DNA of 64,000 bases from Octopus vulgaris (lineage: Eukaryota): NCBI GenBank assembly GCA_951406725.2, contig OX597823.1, positions 80,166,001 to 80,230,000 on the forward strand, given 5' to 3'. Below the pieces are notes generated by a model. It was given only the letters and a program-made list of their open reading frames with translations, had not been told where the DNA came from and searched no databases. The position numbers were made by a program, and so were the translations under genes. Numbering within the stretch: the first letter of the stretch is position 1; every line of letters starts with the position of its first letter. This document shows positions 53,480-64,000 of this stretch, piece after piece.

Positions 53480-55370
53480 GAAGGGATTAGCATTAGCTTA
53501 GGACTAGGAGGAAGCAATGGAATCTGGCTCTGCAGCTCAGGTGACAGCCAAGAGACTGGCGTTAAACCAGCATCTTGAAGCCCAACATATGGGTTGCATT
53601 GTTTGAGCCAGAATTCGTACATTGGGTTTTGAAGGAATCAAGACAGCAGGATGGGCCCGAGTGGTGGGAGCCCAACGTGAAAACGATGGCACAATTCGAT
53701 CTTTGATGAACCAAAGAGATAAATTGATAAACGAGCCTGAGGAGATGCGTGAGGTCTTTCAGGTGCACTTCGCCCAGATTTTCGGGGTGGGGAAGCGGAC
53801 TGGACAGTAAGAGGGACCTAACGGATTTCCTCGCCGGGCTGCCGCGCCTCTCAGAGCTTGACGCGGAGTGTTGTGAAGGGCCGATCACGCCTGAGAAGGT
53901 AATTGAGGCTATGGCGCACCGCGACGCGGGTAAGGCACCGGGACTGGATGGTCTACCCTATGAACTGTATAAGAGTATGCCAGACTTGTCCGGGCACCTG
54001 CTGGCGAATGTCTACACGAACTGGCAGCGGAATGGGTTCATTCCCAAATCTGTGCGCCGGGGAATAGTGAGGCTTGTCAGAAAGGACCCGAACAAGGGGG
54101 GACTGCATTGATAATTTTCGGCCCATCACTCTGCTAAACACAGAGTTGAAGATTTTGATCAAAGTGTTCTCGAAAAGATTGGCGCATGTCGCGGATGGCT
54201 TAATCGGGAAGGCACAGGCATGTGAAGTTTCCCGGTAAAACCATTCAGGATGATCTCCATCTTCTACAGTACACTGTAGAAGGGTTTCATAATGATTCTT
54301 GCAAGGGAGGGCCAGTGGTCGATTTAGACCATTGAAAGGCTTTTGATAGGGTAGACCATCATTACTTGGTGTCCGTTCTGGCACAGTTCGGCCTGGGTAT
54401 TTGCTTCTTCAGCCATTGATGCGAAAATTGAGCCAGGGTGGGCGGAGCTGGCCAATGTGTTCATTGCATCGTTCATCACCTACCGCCTAACCGTCGTTCC
54501 CTGCCCTGATTCGTAGTTGAGCAAGCTGGAAAGACAGCTCTTCTGCTTCTTGTGGAAGTGTTCGAATACGCTTGTGAGACGCTCTATTTGCTGCCAACAA
54601 CCGTTAAAGGGTGGGCTAGGGATGCCTTGGCTGATGATGCGCAGGCACGCGCTGTGGTTGAGGCATCTGGATGATGATCGGGTATGGTCTCCGCTGGCGA
54701 AACAGTTGTTTTCCAAGTTCACTTGCTTCGGTGAACTGGAGATCTGGTTCTATCGTAGATCGAAGTTGGGTAGATGGTGTACGGAGTGTCGCAAGGCTCT
54801 CTGGATATTCCATCTCTCGGGCAACACCTGCGGTAGTGGTTCTACCACATTCTTCTATAGAGGGCTGGTAGAGGCAAAAATGTGACTTCAGCTTGGGGAA
54901 GCTCTAGGTCTCGACAATAATCAGCTGGCCAATCTGTTCCAACGTACATTCGGGCCGAAGGCACTGGATAACTTCCAGACGTCTTTAGGAGCCTTACCTG
55001 TCCGGGACAAACACGCAATCATGGTGGCCCTAACCCACCGACCTGTCCAAGATGTGGGCGAGTCAGGGAAACCGTCCCGCATGCTATTGTTCAGTGTTCG
55101 GTGGTTTCAGATGTGTGGGTTTATGCTGAACAACTATTGTCTAGTACAGGAAGAGTACAGTTATCGACTGAGTCAATAGTAAAAATTGACCCACCGGATT
55201 TCCTACCGAAAGAAGGTAAGAATTGCTTTCTTATCGTAGTAGCAATTGCAAGAAAGGTGATTCGAAAGACGCGAATGAAAGGTTTAATAACAGGCATTTT
55301 ATCTCTGTCCCTGAGTTGGTGAATTTCTTCACCTCCCACCTAAGAAGGAAAATAGGGCTAGAAACGTAGT
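53480..55370 (+). mobile_element. Decayed Tx1/L1-clade LINE ORF2 with internal RT deletion
   Basis: GKAPGLDGLPYELY, NFRPITLLNTELKIL, KGGLGM; homologous to the 58035-59978 ORF. Confidence 0.9.
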
Positions 55371-56485
55371 CCAATCAAGAGAGCAAAAATTGTGTTATTC
55401 CAGCAGCAAAAAGTTTCCTTTTCGAACATCAGCAAACTACCAAACTGCAGTACTACTAAACGGCTAGCGTACAAGCGTGGAAGTTATTTTCGGAGACTGG
55501 TCAATATAAAGATTGGCAAAGGACTGGCACCCCAAGAAAAACGATGGCGCAGTTGGACCGTCGAATCCACCGACTTTCGGAAGGCAACTGAATGCTGACA
55601 GACGTTGACATTTGTAAACAATTGTCCAACGAGAATGGTGTTATTTTTACACCATAAACCGTCCGCAACCGTTGAGTGAATTTGGACTACATGGACGAAT
55701 CGCTAGGAAAAAGCCAATATTATTAGAAAAGTCAACTCAAACGTCTTAATTTCGCAAAAATCAATGCTCAATGGACAGCCGAAGATTGGTGCAGGGTCCT
55801 TTGGAGTGACGAGTCACGCTTCTGAATATTTGGATTAGATGGTAAAACATATGTCAGACGTCGCCAAACCGAGGAATTCCATCCGAAATGCGTGAAAAAG
55901 ACGATGCAAGCGGGGGTGGGGTGATGGTGTGGGCGGCATTTAGTAGCTTTGGTGTTGGCCCTCTAGTTAAAGTTGATAGAAACCTAAATAGTGTAGGTTT
56001 TATGAATCTAATAAAGGATAATGTGCCATATTTGACTCACCAAATGCCTCCGGGGGCTATTTATCAGCAGGACAATAGTCCTGTGCACAAATCCAAAAAG
56101 GTTATGGAATTATTTGATCACCATAATATTGACGTAATCGAATGGCTTCCCCAGAGCCCGACCCTAAATCCTTGTGGAATTATGCTAAAAGAAAACATCT
56201 AATCGAAAACAATTATTCGATTATATCAATGAAATATGGCAAAACATTCCCATAGAATTTTGTAATCAATTAGCGAATTCAATGTCGAGGCGTTGTTCAC
56301 TAGTTATTAAGAATGAAGACTACAACACAAAGTACTAATATGTATTTCGTTCTTGTTGCTCATTTTCGCTACAAACTTCAGCTTTAAATAAAATTATAAT
56401 GATACGGTCTAAGTTTGCCGGTAAATTTGAAACGTTTAAATTATTATTTTATAAGAAATAGAACTTTTTATTTTCGCTAGTGTAT
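55370..56485 (+). mobile_element. Decayed Tc1-like transposase
   Basis: VLWSDESRF, GGGVMVWAAFS, YQQDNSPVH, WLPQSPTLNP. Confidence 0.9.
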
Positions 56486-56649
56486 ATAAGTATTCCTTGG
56501 TTATATCAGTAAATAATGGAATATTCCCATAAGCTATTATTTGCATGATAAATAAACATTCTCCAGTGAATTGTTATTTCCCTCCTGTAAGGAGGGGAAG
56601 GTGCTGTGCTTTGTAGCATAGAAAAAAAAACAAAAAAAACATTTTTGCT

Positions 56650-57320
56650 GAAAATGAACAAAGAAAACATTCTTTCTTCTGGAAAAATGACCGATGAAGG
56701 TTCGCCTTCCAGAGAAACCATAGTAGGTTCACCTACAGAGAAAACCATGTTGTCTAAAAAAGAAATGGATGCGTCCAAGCTGAAAACTGTGACAACAGTA
56801 TCTGAAAGTTCACCTTCTGGTGAAACCGAGAAAGGTAGTTCGCCTTCAAAAGAAAAAAAGAATGAAGACAAAACAAAAACGTACAACTTCGCAGCCGCAG
56901 CCGGAAGAAAAACAGAAGAGATAAAAATGGAAGAAATCGAGTTTGAAAAATATAAAACAATGTTCAAAAGGGAGGGGAACAGTGTAATAGCAACCCTCCC
57001 ACAAGAAAAGAACTATAATATACAAATCGTATATTATAAAGGAGAAAAAAATAGAAAAGGTGACGAAGGAACAAGCAGAAAAATGCCTGCAACCGATATG
57101 GAAAGATGTGGACTACGTGACATGGCGTAAGAAGTACGCTACAATAGCGGTATACTTTAAAGAAGAAGACCTAGCAAAGAAGCACTCCATCAACCCGATA
57201 AGAACAACCGATATAATACTCCTAACTTCGTATCTTAGGCGAAGGACGTCCAAGATAAGAATAGAGGAAATTCCCCCAGAAATCGAGGTGAAGTGCCTAA
57301 TTCCAGTCATAGTGCTAGTG
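56650..57320 (+). pseudogene. LINE ORF1-like fragment (Tx1-type, inferred)
   Basis: Basic/Ser-rich N-terminus, YNFAAAA motif, EKCL..KYATIAVYF..IILLTSYLRRRTSKIRIEEIPPEIEV. Confidence 0.6.
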
Positions 57321-57419
57321 CATGTATATATGTGTATATATGTGTACATATTACATGTACATCTATATATATACATCTACACATAAAATACAAAATACAA
57401 AGTTATATCTTGATATCGC

Positions 57420-57745
57420 TAGTGATAACAATACTCAAAATATATAGCAAACTGGAATTGTTAGCCCGTCTCTTGTAATTTCGATCAATTGTATCTTGTC
57501 CTCCTTCTTGTATAGAAGTGTGGCTACAATCCAACCTACCTCTACTTCTGGAGGGGGGATGCATTTTAAATTGTTTTCCGGGACGTCGTACGTCCCAGAT
57601 ATAAAGGTAAAAATAAAATATTTCTACTTTGCACGCTCCGTTGACTCGAACCTTGCTTCTATTGTGGCGAATTTACCGCCTCTGATTAGCTACTTTTCAT
57701 AGTAGCACCAAGACACTTTTCGAAGGTGCTTTCCTCCATGTGTTT
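57420..57745 (-). pseudogene. Second ORF1-like fragment, inverted
   Basis: Minus frames give MEESTFEKCL, GGKFATIEARFES, NILFLPLYLGRTTSR, PPEVEVGWIV, homologous to the 57060-57320 peptide. Confidence 0.65.
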
Positions 57746-60072
57746 TATTATTACCCACAAGGGGCGAACGTAGAGGGGACAATACAATCTGATGTGGGGT
57801 CAGATACACGAATGGGTTTTACAAAAAAGCGAATTTTAAAAATTTACAAAATAGAAAAATCGAATGGAGAACAGACCGGAAGACATTACGGATGGAGTGG
57901 GAGCGGGTTTAGCTCGGACCCCACGAGCCCCGCCTCCCCACTGATACTTTGGTTTCGTTTAGTTTTACATTTATGTGGTATCATCCACTCGCAACTTTCG
58001 TGCTACATCTTTCCATCGTTCTTCATACACTCTCTTAGTCAGGCAATATTCTCTCCAGCCCTATCTTCCTTTTCAGGTGAAAGATGAAATAATTCATCAA
58101 ACCAGGGCCGGAGATGAACTTGCCTGACTGTAAACCTTTCATTCTCGTCTTCCATATCACCTCTTTCGCAATTGCTACTACAACGAGAAAACAAATCTTA
58201 CCTTCTTTCGCGAGGAAATCTGGTGGGTCAATTTTTGTAATAGACTCAGTCGACAGCTGTACTCTTCGTGTGCTTGACAACAGCTGTTCGGCATAAACCC
58301 ACACCTCAGACACGTCCGAACAATGAACAATAGCGTGCGGGACGGTTTCCCTATCTCGCTTGCATCTTGGACATATCGGACTGTCTTGGCCACCGTGCCT
58401 TGCGAGTTTATCCCGAACAGGTAGAGCTCCTCTGTAGCATTGCCATGCCAGAGACTTCTGGAAGTTGTCCAGTGTCTTCGGCTCGAACGTATGTCGGAAC
58501 AGACTGGCCAGCTGATTATCGTCGAGACCTAGGGTTTCCCCCAAGGTATCTTCACATTCCGCCTCTACCAACCCTCTATAGAAGAATGTGGTGGAACCCC
58601 CACCGCAGGCGTTGCCCGAGCGACGGAATAGCAGGAGAGCCTTGCGACACTCCGTGTACCATGTGCCTAGTTTCGATCTACGATTCAGCCAGGTTTCCCA
58701 TCCACCGAAACTAGTGAACTTGGGAAACATCAGTTTTGCTAGCGGAGACCACACCCGTTCACCATCCAGGTAGAGCCACAGATGTCTTAACCTCAGCGCA
58801 TGTCTGCGCATCATCAGCCAAGGCATCCCTAGCCCACCCTTTAACGGTTGTTGACAGCAAGTAGAGCGTTTCACAAGTGGTTTCCCGCCCTTCCACAAGA
58901 AGTAGAAGAGCTGTCTTTCCAACTTGATCAACCACGAATCAGGGCAAGGAACGACGGAAAGGCGGTAGGTGATAACCGATGCGATAAACACATTGGCTAC
59001 CTCCGCCCTCCCTTTCAGGGATAGCCACCGCCAAGACCAGGTCTTGGTTACTGCAGCCACCCTGCTCGATACCTCGCCCCAATTCTTCTCTATTTGGAGG
59101 TCTGGACCGAACCAAACCCCTAGCAACTTAATCGGACCCTCCGTCCAACGTCCCACGACGCTGTCAGGAGGCATCGACTTGCCTCTCCAGGTGCCGAGTT
59201 GCAAGCCGACTGACTTTTCGCGATTAACTTTTGCTCCTGTCACCGTCTCGTAAACCTCTATGGCCTTGCCTACTTTACGTAGGTGGTCCATTTCGGTTAC
59301 GATGATGGTGATGTCATCCGCGTACGCTGACACCGATTTTCCACTACCTGGCTGTCTCGGGATGCCGCTCAGTTTTCGCAGTAATGGCTCAAGAGCCATC
59401 ATGTACAAAAGCGGGGAGAGCGGACACCCTTGACGAACCGAGCGCTTGATGTTGAACGGCTTCGACAAGAAGCCGTTCGCCCGAACTACCGAGTCGATGT
59501 TGTCGTAAATTTGGATAATCCACCTGAGGAAGCCAAGGCTCAGCCCGAACTGTGCCAGGGCAGATACCAGGTAGCGATGGTCGACCCTATCGAATGCTTT
59601 AGATTGGTCTAAATGGACCAGTGCCCCACCCTTGCCAGAATCGCTATTAAACCCCTCTATAGTGTACCGCATAAGATGGAGATTATCCTGAATGGTTCTG
59701 CCAGGAACGGCACATGTCTGTGCCTCCCCGATCAGACCATCTGCGACACGCGCCAATCTTTTCGATAACACTTTGGCCAAAATCTTCAACTCTGTGTTTA
59801 GCAGAGTGATGGGCCTGAAATTATCAATGCACTCCCCCTTGCTCGGGTCCTTTCTGACGAGTGTCACAACTCCCCGGCGCACAGATCTGGGTATGAGCCC
59901 GTTCTGCTGCCAGTTCGCATAGACCTCCGCCAGTAGGTGCCCGAACAAGTCTGGCATATAACTCATAGGGTAGACCATCTAAACCCGGCGCCCTGCCCGC
60001 GCCGCAGTCCGCCATCGCCTCAACCACCTCCCCAGGCGTGATTGGCCCTTCACAGCCCTCCGCATCTCGCCC
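57743..60072 (-). mobile_element. 5'-truncated Tx1/L1-clade LINE with 3' UTR
   Basis: ORF2 plus a ~290-bp UTR ending TGTCCCCTCTACGTTCGCCCCTTGTGGGTAATAATAAAA. Confidence 0.93.
58035..59978 (-). CDS. LINE ORF2 reverse transcriptase + zinc knuckle (647 aa open, endonuclease missing)
   Basis: RPITLLN, LDQSKAFDRV, RQGCPLSPLLY, AYADD, GGLG, CPRC..ETVPHAIVHC. Confidence 0.95.
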   Translation of the reverse strand: MVYPMSYMPDLFGHLLAEVYANWQQNGLIPRSVRRGVVTLVRKDPSKGECIDNFRPITLLNTELKILAKVLSKRLARVADGLIGEAQTCAVPGRTIQDNLHLMRYTIEGFNSDSGKGGALVHLDQSKAFDRVDHRYLVSALAQFGLSLGFLRWIIQIYDNIDSVVRANGFLSKPFNIKRSVRQGCPLSPLLYMMALEPLLRKLSGIPRQPGSGKSVSAYADDITIIVTEMDHLRKVGKAIEVYETVTGAKVNREKSVGLQLGTWRGKSMPPDSVVGRWTEGPIKLLGVWFGPDLQIEKNWGEVSSRVAAVTKTWSWRWLSLKGRAEVANVFIASVITYRLSVVPCPDSWLIKLERQLFYFLWKGGKPLVKRSTCCQQPLKGGLGMPWLMMRRHALRLRHLWLYLDGERVWSPLAKLMFPKFTSFGGWETWLNRRSKLGTWYTECRKALLLFRRSGNACGGGSTTFFYRGLVEAECEDTLGETLGLDDNQLASLFRHTFEPKTLDNFQKSLAWQCYRGALPVRDKLARHGGQDSPICPRCKRDRETVPHAIVHCSDVSEVWVYAEQLLSSTRRVQLSTESITKIDPPDFLAKEGKICFLVVVAIAKEVIWKTRMKGLQSGKFISGPGLMNYFIFHLKRKIGLERILPD

Positions 60073-60222
60073 TAGGCAAAAAGTTCAAAATTGTTTTTGA
60101 CGATGACACCCTCCGTAAGGCATGTGTAAAATTTGAATGAAATTGGTTGTGTAGTTATCAAGTTTTAGGGAAACACACAGACAGACAGACAGACACACAT
60201 TCTCAGTTTTATATATATAAAG
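60069..60222 (-). mobile_element. 5' fragment of the second-family Helitron
   Basis: GCCCTAGGCAAAA..TAAGGCATGTGT..AAATTGGTTGTGTAGTT..CACATTCTCAGTTTTATATATATA matches 53340-53470. Confidence 0.8.
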
Positions 60223-61018
60223 ATTATTTAAACACAATGTTTCAAGATAACATATGAAATTCAAATATACATATATAAAGCCGAGTGTTTTGAAATAATT
60301 TATTAAGTATTTTTTTTCAAATGATTACTATTGCTTTCAAAATTTGGCACAAGGCCAGAAATTCTGGGAGAGGAATTTAGTCTATTATATCGGCCCCAGT
60401 GCTCAACTGGTACTTATTTTATCTACCCCGATAGGATAAAAAGCAAAGTCGTAATATTCCTCGTATCCATATAGACAAAAATACATACATAAAAATGTAT
60501 TAAAAATTATAAACAACGGAAATTATAAAATATAAAAAGATAATAAAATATGAAATAAAATTAAAACATTATATAGAAAACAAAAATAAATTAAAATTTT
60601 TGATATAATGAGAATAATAAGAAATAAATAGAGAGAAAAGACTTAAAATATTTTAGTGTGTTTGGATATAAACGTAAATATAATTTTGTAACATGATTTC
60701 TTACACGTTTCTTGACAACTGGTTATAAGAAATGTTTATAAGTTATTGTAAAAGGCTTGCCTGTCTGTCCGTGTATGTGTGTGAACACTATGAATGTTTA
60801 TACGTGCATGTGTATAGATATCATGTATGTAAATATATGAGGATAGATATTCATAAATGTAAATAAACCGGTAGTTGAAAAGCTATATTCACAGCAATAC
60901 GTGCATAAATGAAAGGATGAACAGACAGAAAGACCTTTGAAGATATAGCTACAAAGTGTAAGAGACAAACAGATATCTGATGACAAGGAAAATTTGGGGA
61001 TTTATGTGCATTTACACA

Positions 61019-61246
61019 TACGAAGGGGTGCTGAGAAGTTCCCGGTGTTAAGGGTATCACAAAAGGCCTGGTTGGAGGCCCGACCTTCTGAGGTTTTTTT
61101 TTTTTTTTTACAGGGCTTAGAAAAACTGAAAGACCGCTGCAATAAATGCATGAATCTGAGAGGGGAATATGTTGAACAAAATCATTATTAACTGATCCTC
61201 CTGTATTTTCTTTTACCCAAAGCCAGGAACTTTTCAGACCCCTCAC
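61019..61246. mobile_element. Mariner-like MITE
   Basis: TACGAAGGGGTGCTGAGAAGTTCC / GGAACTTTTCAGACCCCTC; sister of 3172-3392. Confidence 0.78.
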
Positions 61247-61672
61247 ATGTAGATGCGTCTGTGCTGCATAAGTTTATGTGTGTTCGCATATGCATCAATA
61301 ATCCTGCATACAAGGTGATATATGTATAAATGTGTGTGTGTTTGTACACATCTCCGTTTTTGTTCTCTTCTATTTTTAAACACTTAGAATCTTCCTCTAA
61401 GGAAGGAACTGATTTCTAACAAAGATACAAAGCTCCAACATTGGAATGTAGATATCAAACACAAATGAACACATTGAAGTTAAGAAAAGGCTAGAATACA
61501 TTTGCTGTTCCGATCATAGATTGTATTTGCAATGTGCATGTTAGCTGGTCGATTTCTTTTTCTGAAAGTCTCAGCTTATCTAGATCGTCACTTAGGAATT
61601 TGCTCATAAAAACCAAATATACCAATTATTGTTGGTACAAATGTGAATTTATTATCTGGATATAGATGCTGG

Positions 61673-61963
61673 TGGAGGCACATGGCCTAGTGGTTAGAGC
61701 AGCGGTCGAGGGATCGCGGGTTCGAATCTCAGACCGAGCGATGTATGTGTTTATGAGCGAATCACCTAAGCTCCACGCGGCTCTGACAGAAGGTAATGGC
61801 GAACTTCTGCTGACTCTTTCACCACAACTTTCTCTCTCTTTACTCCTGCATCTTGCAGATCACCTGCGACTGACCGGCGTCCCGTCCAGGTGGGGAACCT
61901 ATACGCCAAGGAAACCGGGAAACCGACCCTTATGAGCCAGGCATGGCTCGAAAAGGAACAAAC
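61673..61963 (+). mobile_element. SINE head B + tail Y
   Basis: TSD ATATAGATGCTGG; TTTATGAGCGAATCACCTAAGCTCCACG then GGCGTCCCGTCCAGG..GAAACCGGGAAACC. Confidence 0.88.
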
Positions 61964-62439
61964 ATATAGATGCTGGAGGCTTAGAAGCCGTTATCTGTAG
62001 TCATCCTCTTTATGTTTAGTTTTCAAAAACATACACATCAACAAGACAGCTGACATCTGTGATGTTACATAGTTTTTCTTGTCTGTCCAAACTATATCTT
62101 ACCTGTTATGTTTGCATTTGGGAGACGTTTCGATGAGAAAGTTCCACTAATATTCCTGGTGTTGATATTTACGCGGAAATGCAATAGCAATGGGGTTCTC
62201 TATATTTAGTTTTTGGGATGTATACTACAGTAATCTCTCAACTATTTCGGGTGTTATGTTTCAAACTCCCCCGCGGTGGGGGATCCGCGAAGTAGAACTA
62301 GTACTGTACTGTATATGTTTTTTTATTATTTTTATAATTTGAATATATTATTTTATTATAAATGCAAAACAACACCACGGAGAAACAGACGTAAGCTTCA
62401 ATAATAAACCGCGATATGGCGAGGGGGTTACTGTATATT

Positions 62440-64000
62440 GTTTTAGCAACAACGTCGTGTCGCAAATGAAGGTTGTACCTTCATGATATTTGTAGACAGT
62501 TTCTGATCACATGGGTGATGTGATCTCTTCCACAGAAATGTTACATAATCGATGTTTTCGGTTGCATCTCGAGGCTCCAACAGCTTCACATCCCTTTTGC
62601 TTCTTAAAAATTTTGTTGCAGTCTCCTGTTCCTGGCGTGCAAATGCATAGCCAATGAATGTGACATAGCCTTCACGAATCGAAGAAAGGTTACTCTTCAC
62701 GCCATCTTCAAGTCTTCTCAAAACATACCAGCGCATGATCTTCTTTTGTTATGCTGAGCTATTCACATCCAGTTCTTCATGTAAGTTCTTTCTCCTGTTC
62801 TAGAATTGTCTGGGATGTTGTCAGGCAGACTGTTCTTCCTGAAAAACTCACCGAATGCACATAAGATGTTTTCTCTTCTCTTTTCAGCACTAGGATTAAT
62901 TTTTATTCTTTTATTCTTTTAGTCTTTTACTTGTTTCAGTCATCAGACTGCGGCCATGCTGGAGTGCCGCCTTTAGTCGAAGAAATCGACTGCAGGACTT
63001 ATTCTTTATAAGCCTAGTACTTATTCTATCGGTCTTTTTTGCCGAACCGCTAAGTTACGGGGACGTAAACAAACCAACATCGCTTGTCAAGTGATGGTGG
63101 GGGGACAAACATAGACAAACAAATACACACACACACACACATACACATATATATATACATACAAACTACATGATTCTTTCAGTTTCCGTCTACCAAATCC
63201 ACTCGCAAGGCTTTGGTCGGCCCGAAGCTATAGTAGAATACGCTTGCCCAAGGTGCCACACAGTGGGACTGAACCCGGCACAATGTGGATGGGAAGCAAG
63301 CTTCTTACCACACAGCCACGCCCCTTTTTTTTTTCGTTGTTGTTCCTTGACAGTCGAAGGTTGTTTGCACTGATTTTCTGTCTCTTTCACCTTCATCTCT
63401 TTTTACGTAGACCCTGTTGGTATTACCGTTTCTATGGAAGTTTCCACTTGATGTCAGAATCTTGCACGTTTTAATGTCTGTGGAGTGGTTTTACTCTACA
63501 GACCAGTCAAGTATCCCAAATACTGGTAACAGCACTGTTATTGCAAATACAGTGAGATATTGTCTGGTTGTAACAGGTGTGTTCCGACTACGATATTTTT
63601 CTATGTCTGGAGTAATATTCTTGGATCACTCTATCGTTATTCACAGTACCTTCATATGATGTTTTCATTTATAACTATGCGTTTGCAACATTCTTTGTGT
63701 GGAACAGGAGAGATAGAAAGTCTATTGATGAACATGTTTTGGGGGTTGGGGGACGGATTTTCCACGTTCAGCAATCAAATCCGAGTATTTCATTTGGCCA
63801 AATTCCATTCCTATGACAGCTGAAAATGTTATTGAAGTCCAACAGTAAACATTTTAAACGTAGGTCTTCACATCATCTACAAAGAAATTACATTGGCATC
63901 TCTGGTAGTTGCAGACCCTAGCATATAGCCATAGGATTCTTGTAGCAAAACTGATAATGGATTTAATGCCAAAATAAACAGAATTGCAGACAGACAATCT
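62440..64000 (-). mobile_element. Decayed R4/Dong-like LINE (RT to CCHC region), split by a SINE
   Basis: Minus DCLSAILFILALNPLS, FVDDVK, IGMEFG; downstream QEQETATKFL..ENIDYV. Confidence 0.7.
62905..63325 (-). mobile_element. SINE S1
   Basis: Reverse complement of the S1 consensus. Confidence 0.9.

Overview
Eukaryotic, AT-rich, microsatellite- and transposon-dense DNA, most likely from a coleoid cephalopod (Octopus-like; inferred from the repeat families, not proven). No intact multi-exon host gene is visible, and most ORF-track calls are microsatellite or SINE artefacts. Contents: (i) dozens of tRNA-headed SINEs built from swappable head and tail modules; (ii) LINE remnants: RTE, CR1-like, three R4/Dong copies (two inside a (TAA)n nest) and a nest of Tx1/L1-clade copies, one with a 647-aa open RT ORF; (iii) DNA transposons: Tc1/mariner, a Buster/Charlie hAT, Merlin-like MITEs with telomeric repeats and non-autonomous Helitrons; (iv) a deleted LTR element; (v) a tRNA-Glu/intron-containing tRNA-Lys pseudogene pair. 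Most notable: about a dozen Penelope-type minimal hammerhead ribozyme motifs from several sequence families, mostly beside microsatellites; a SINE 3' tail shared with the Tx1 LINE 3' end; a 2x2 SINE module swap; a ~570-bp foldback behind a candidate terminal exon; and a ~4.8-kb decayed A-rich coding-like tract that may be an endogenous viral element. Coordinates were read by eye, so boundaries without TSD/TIR support are approximate.
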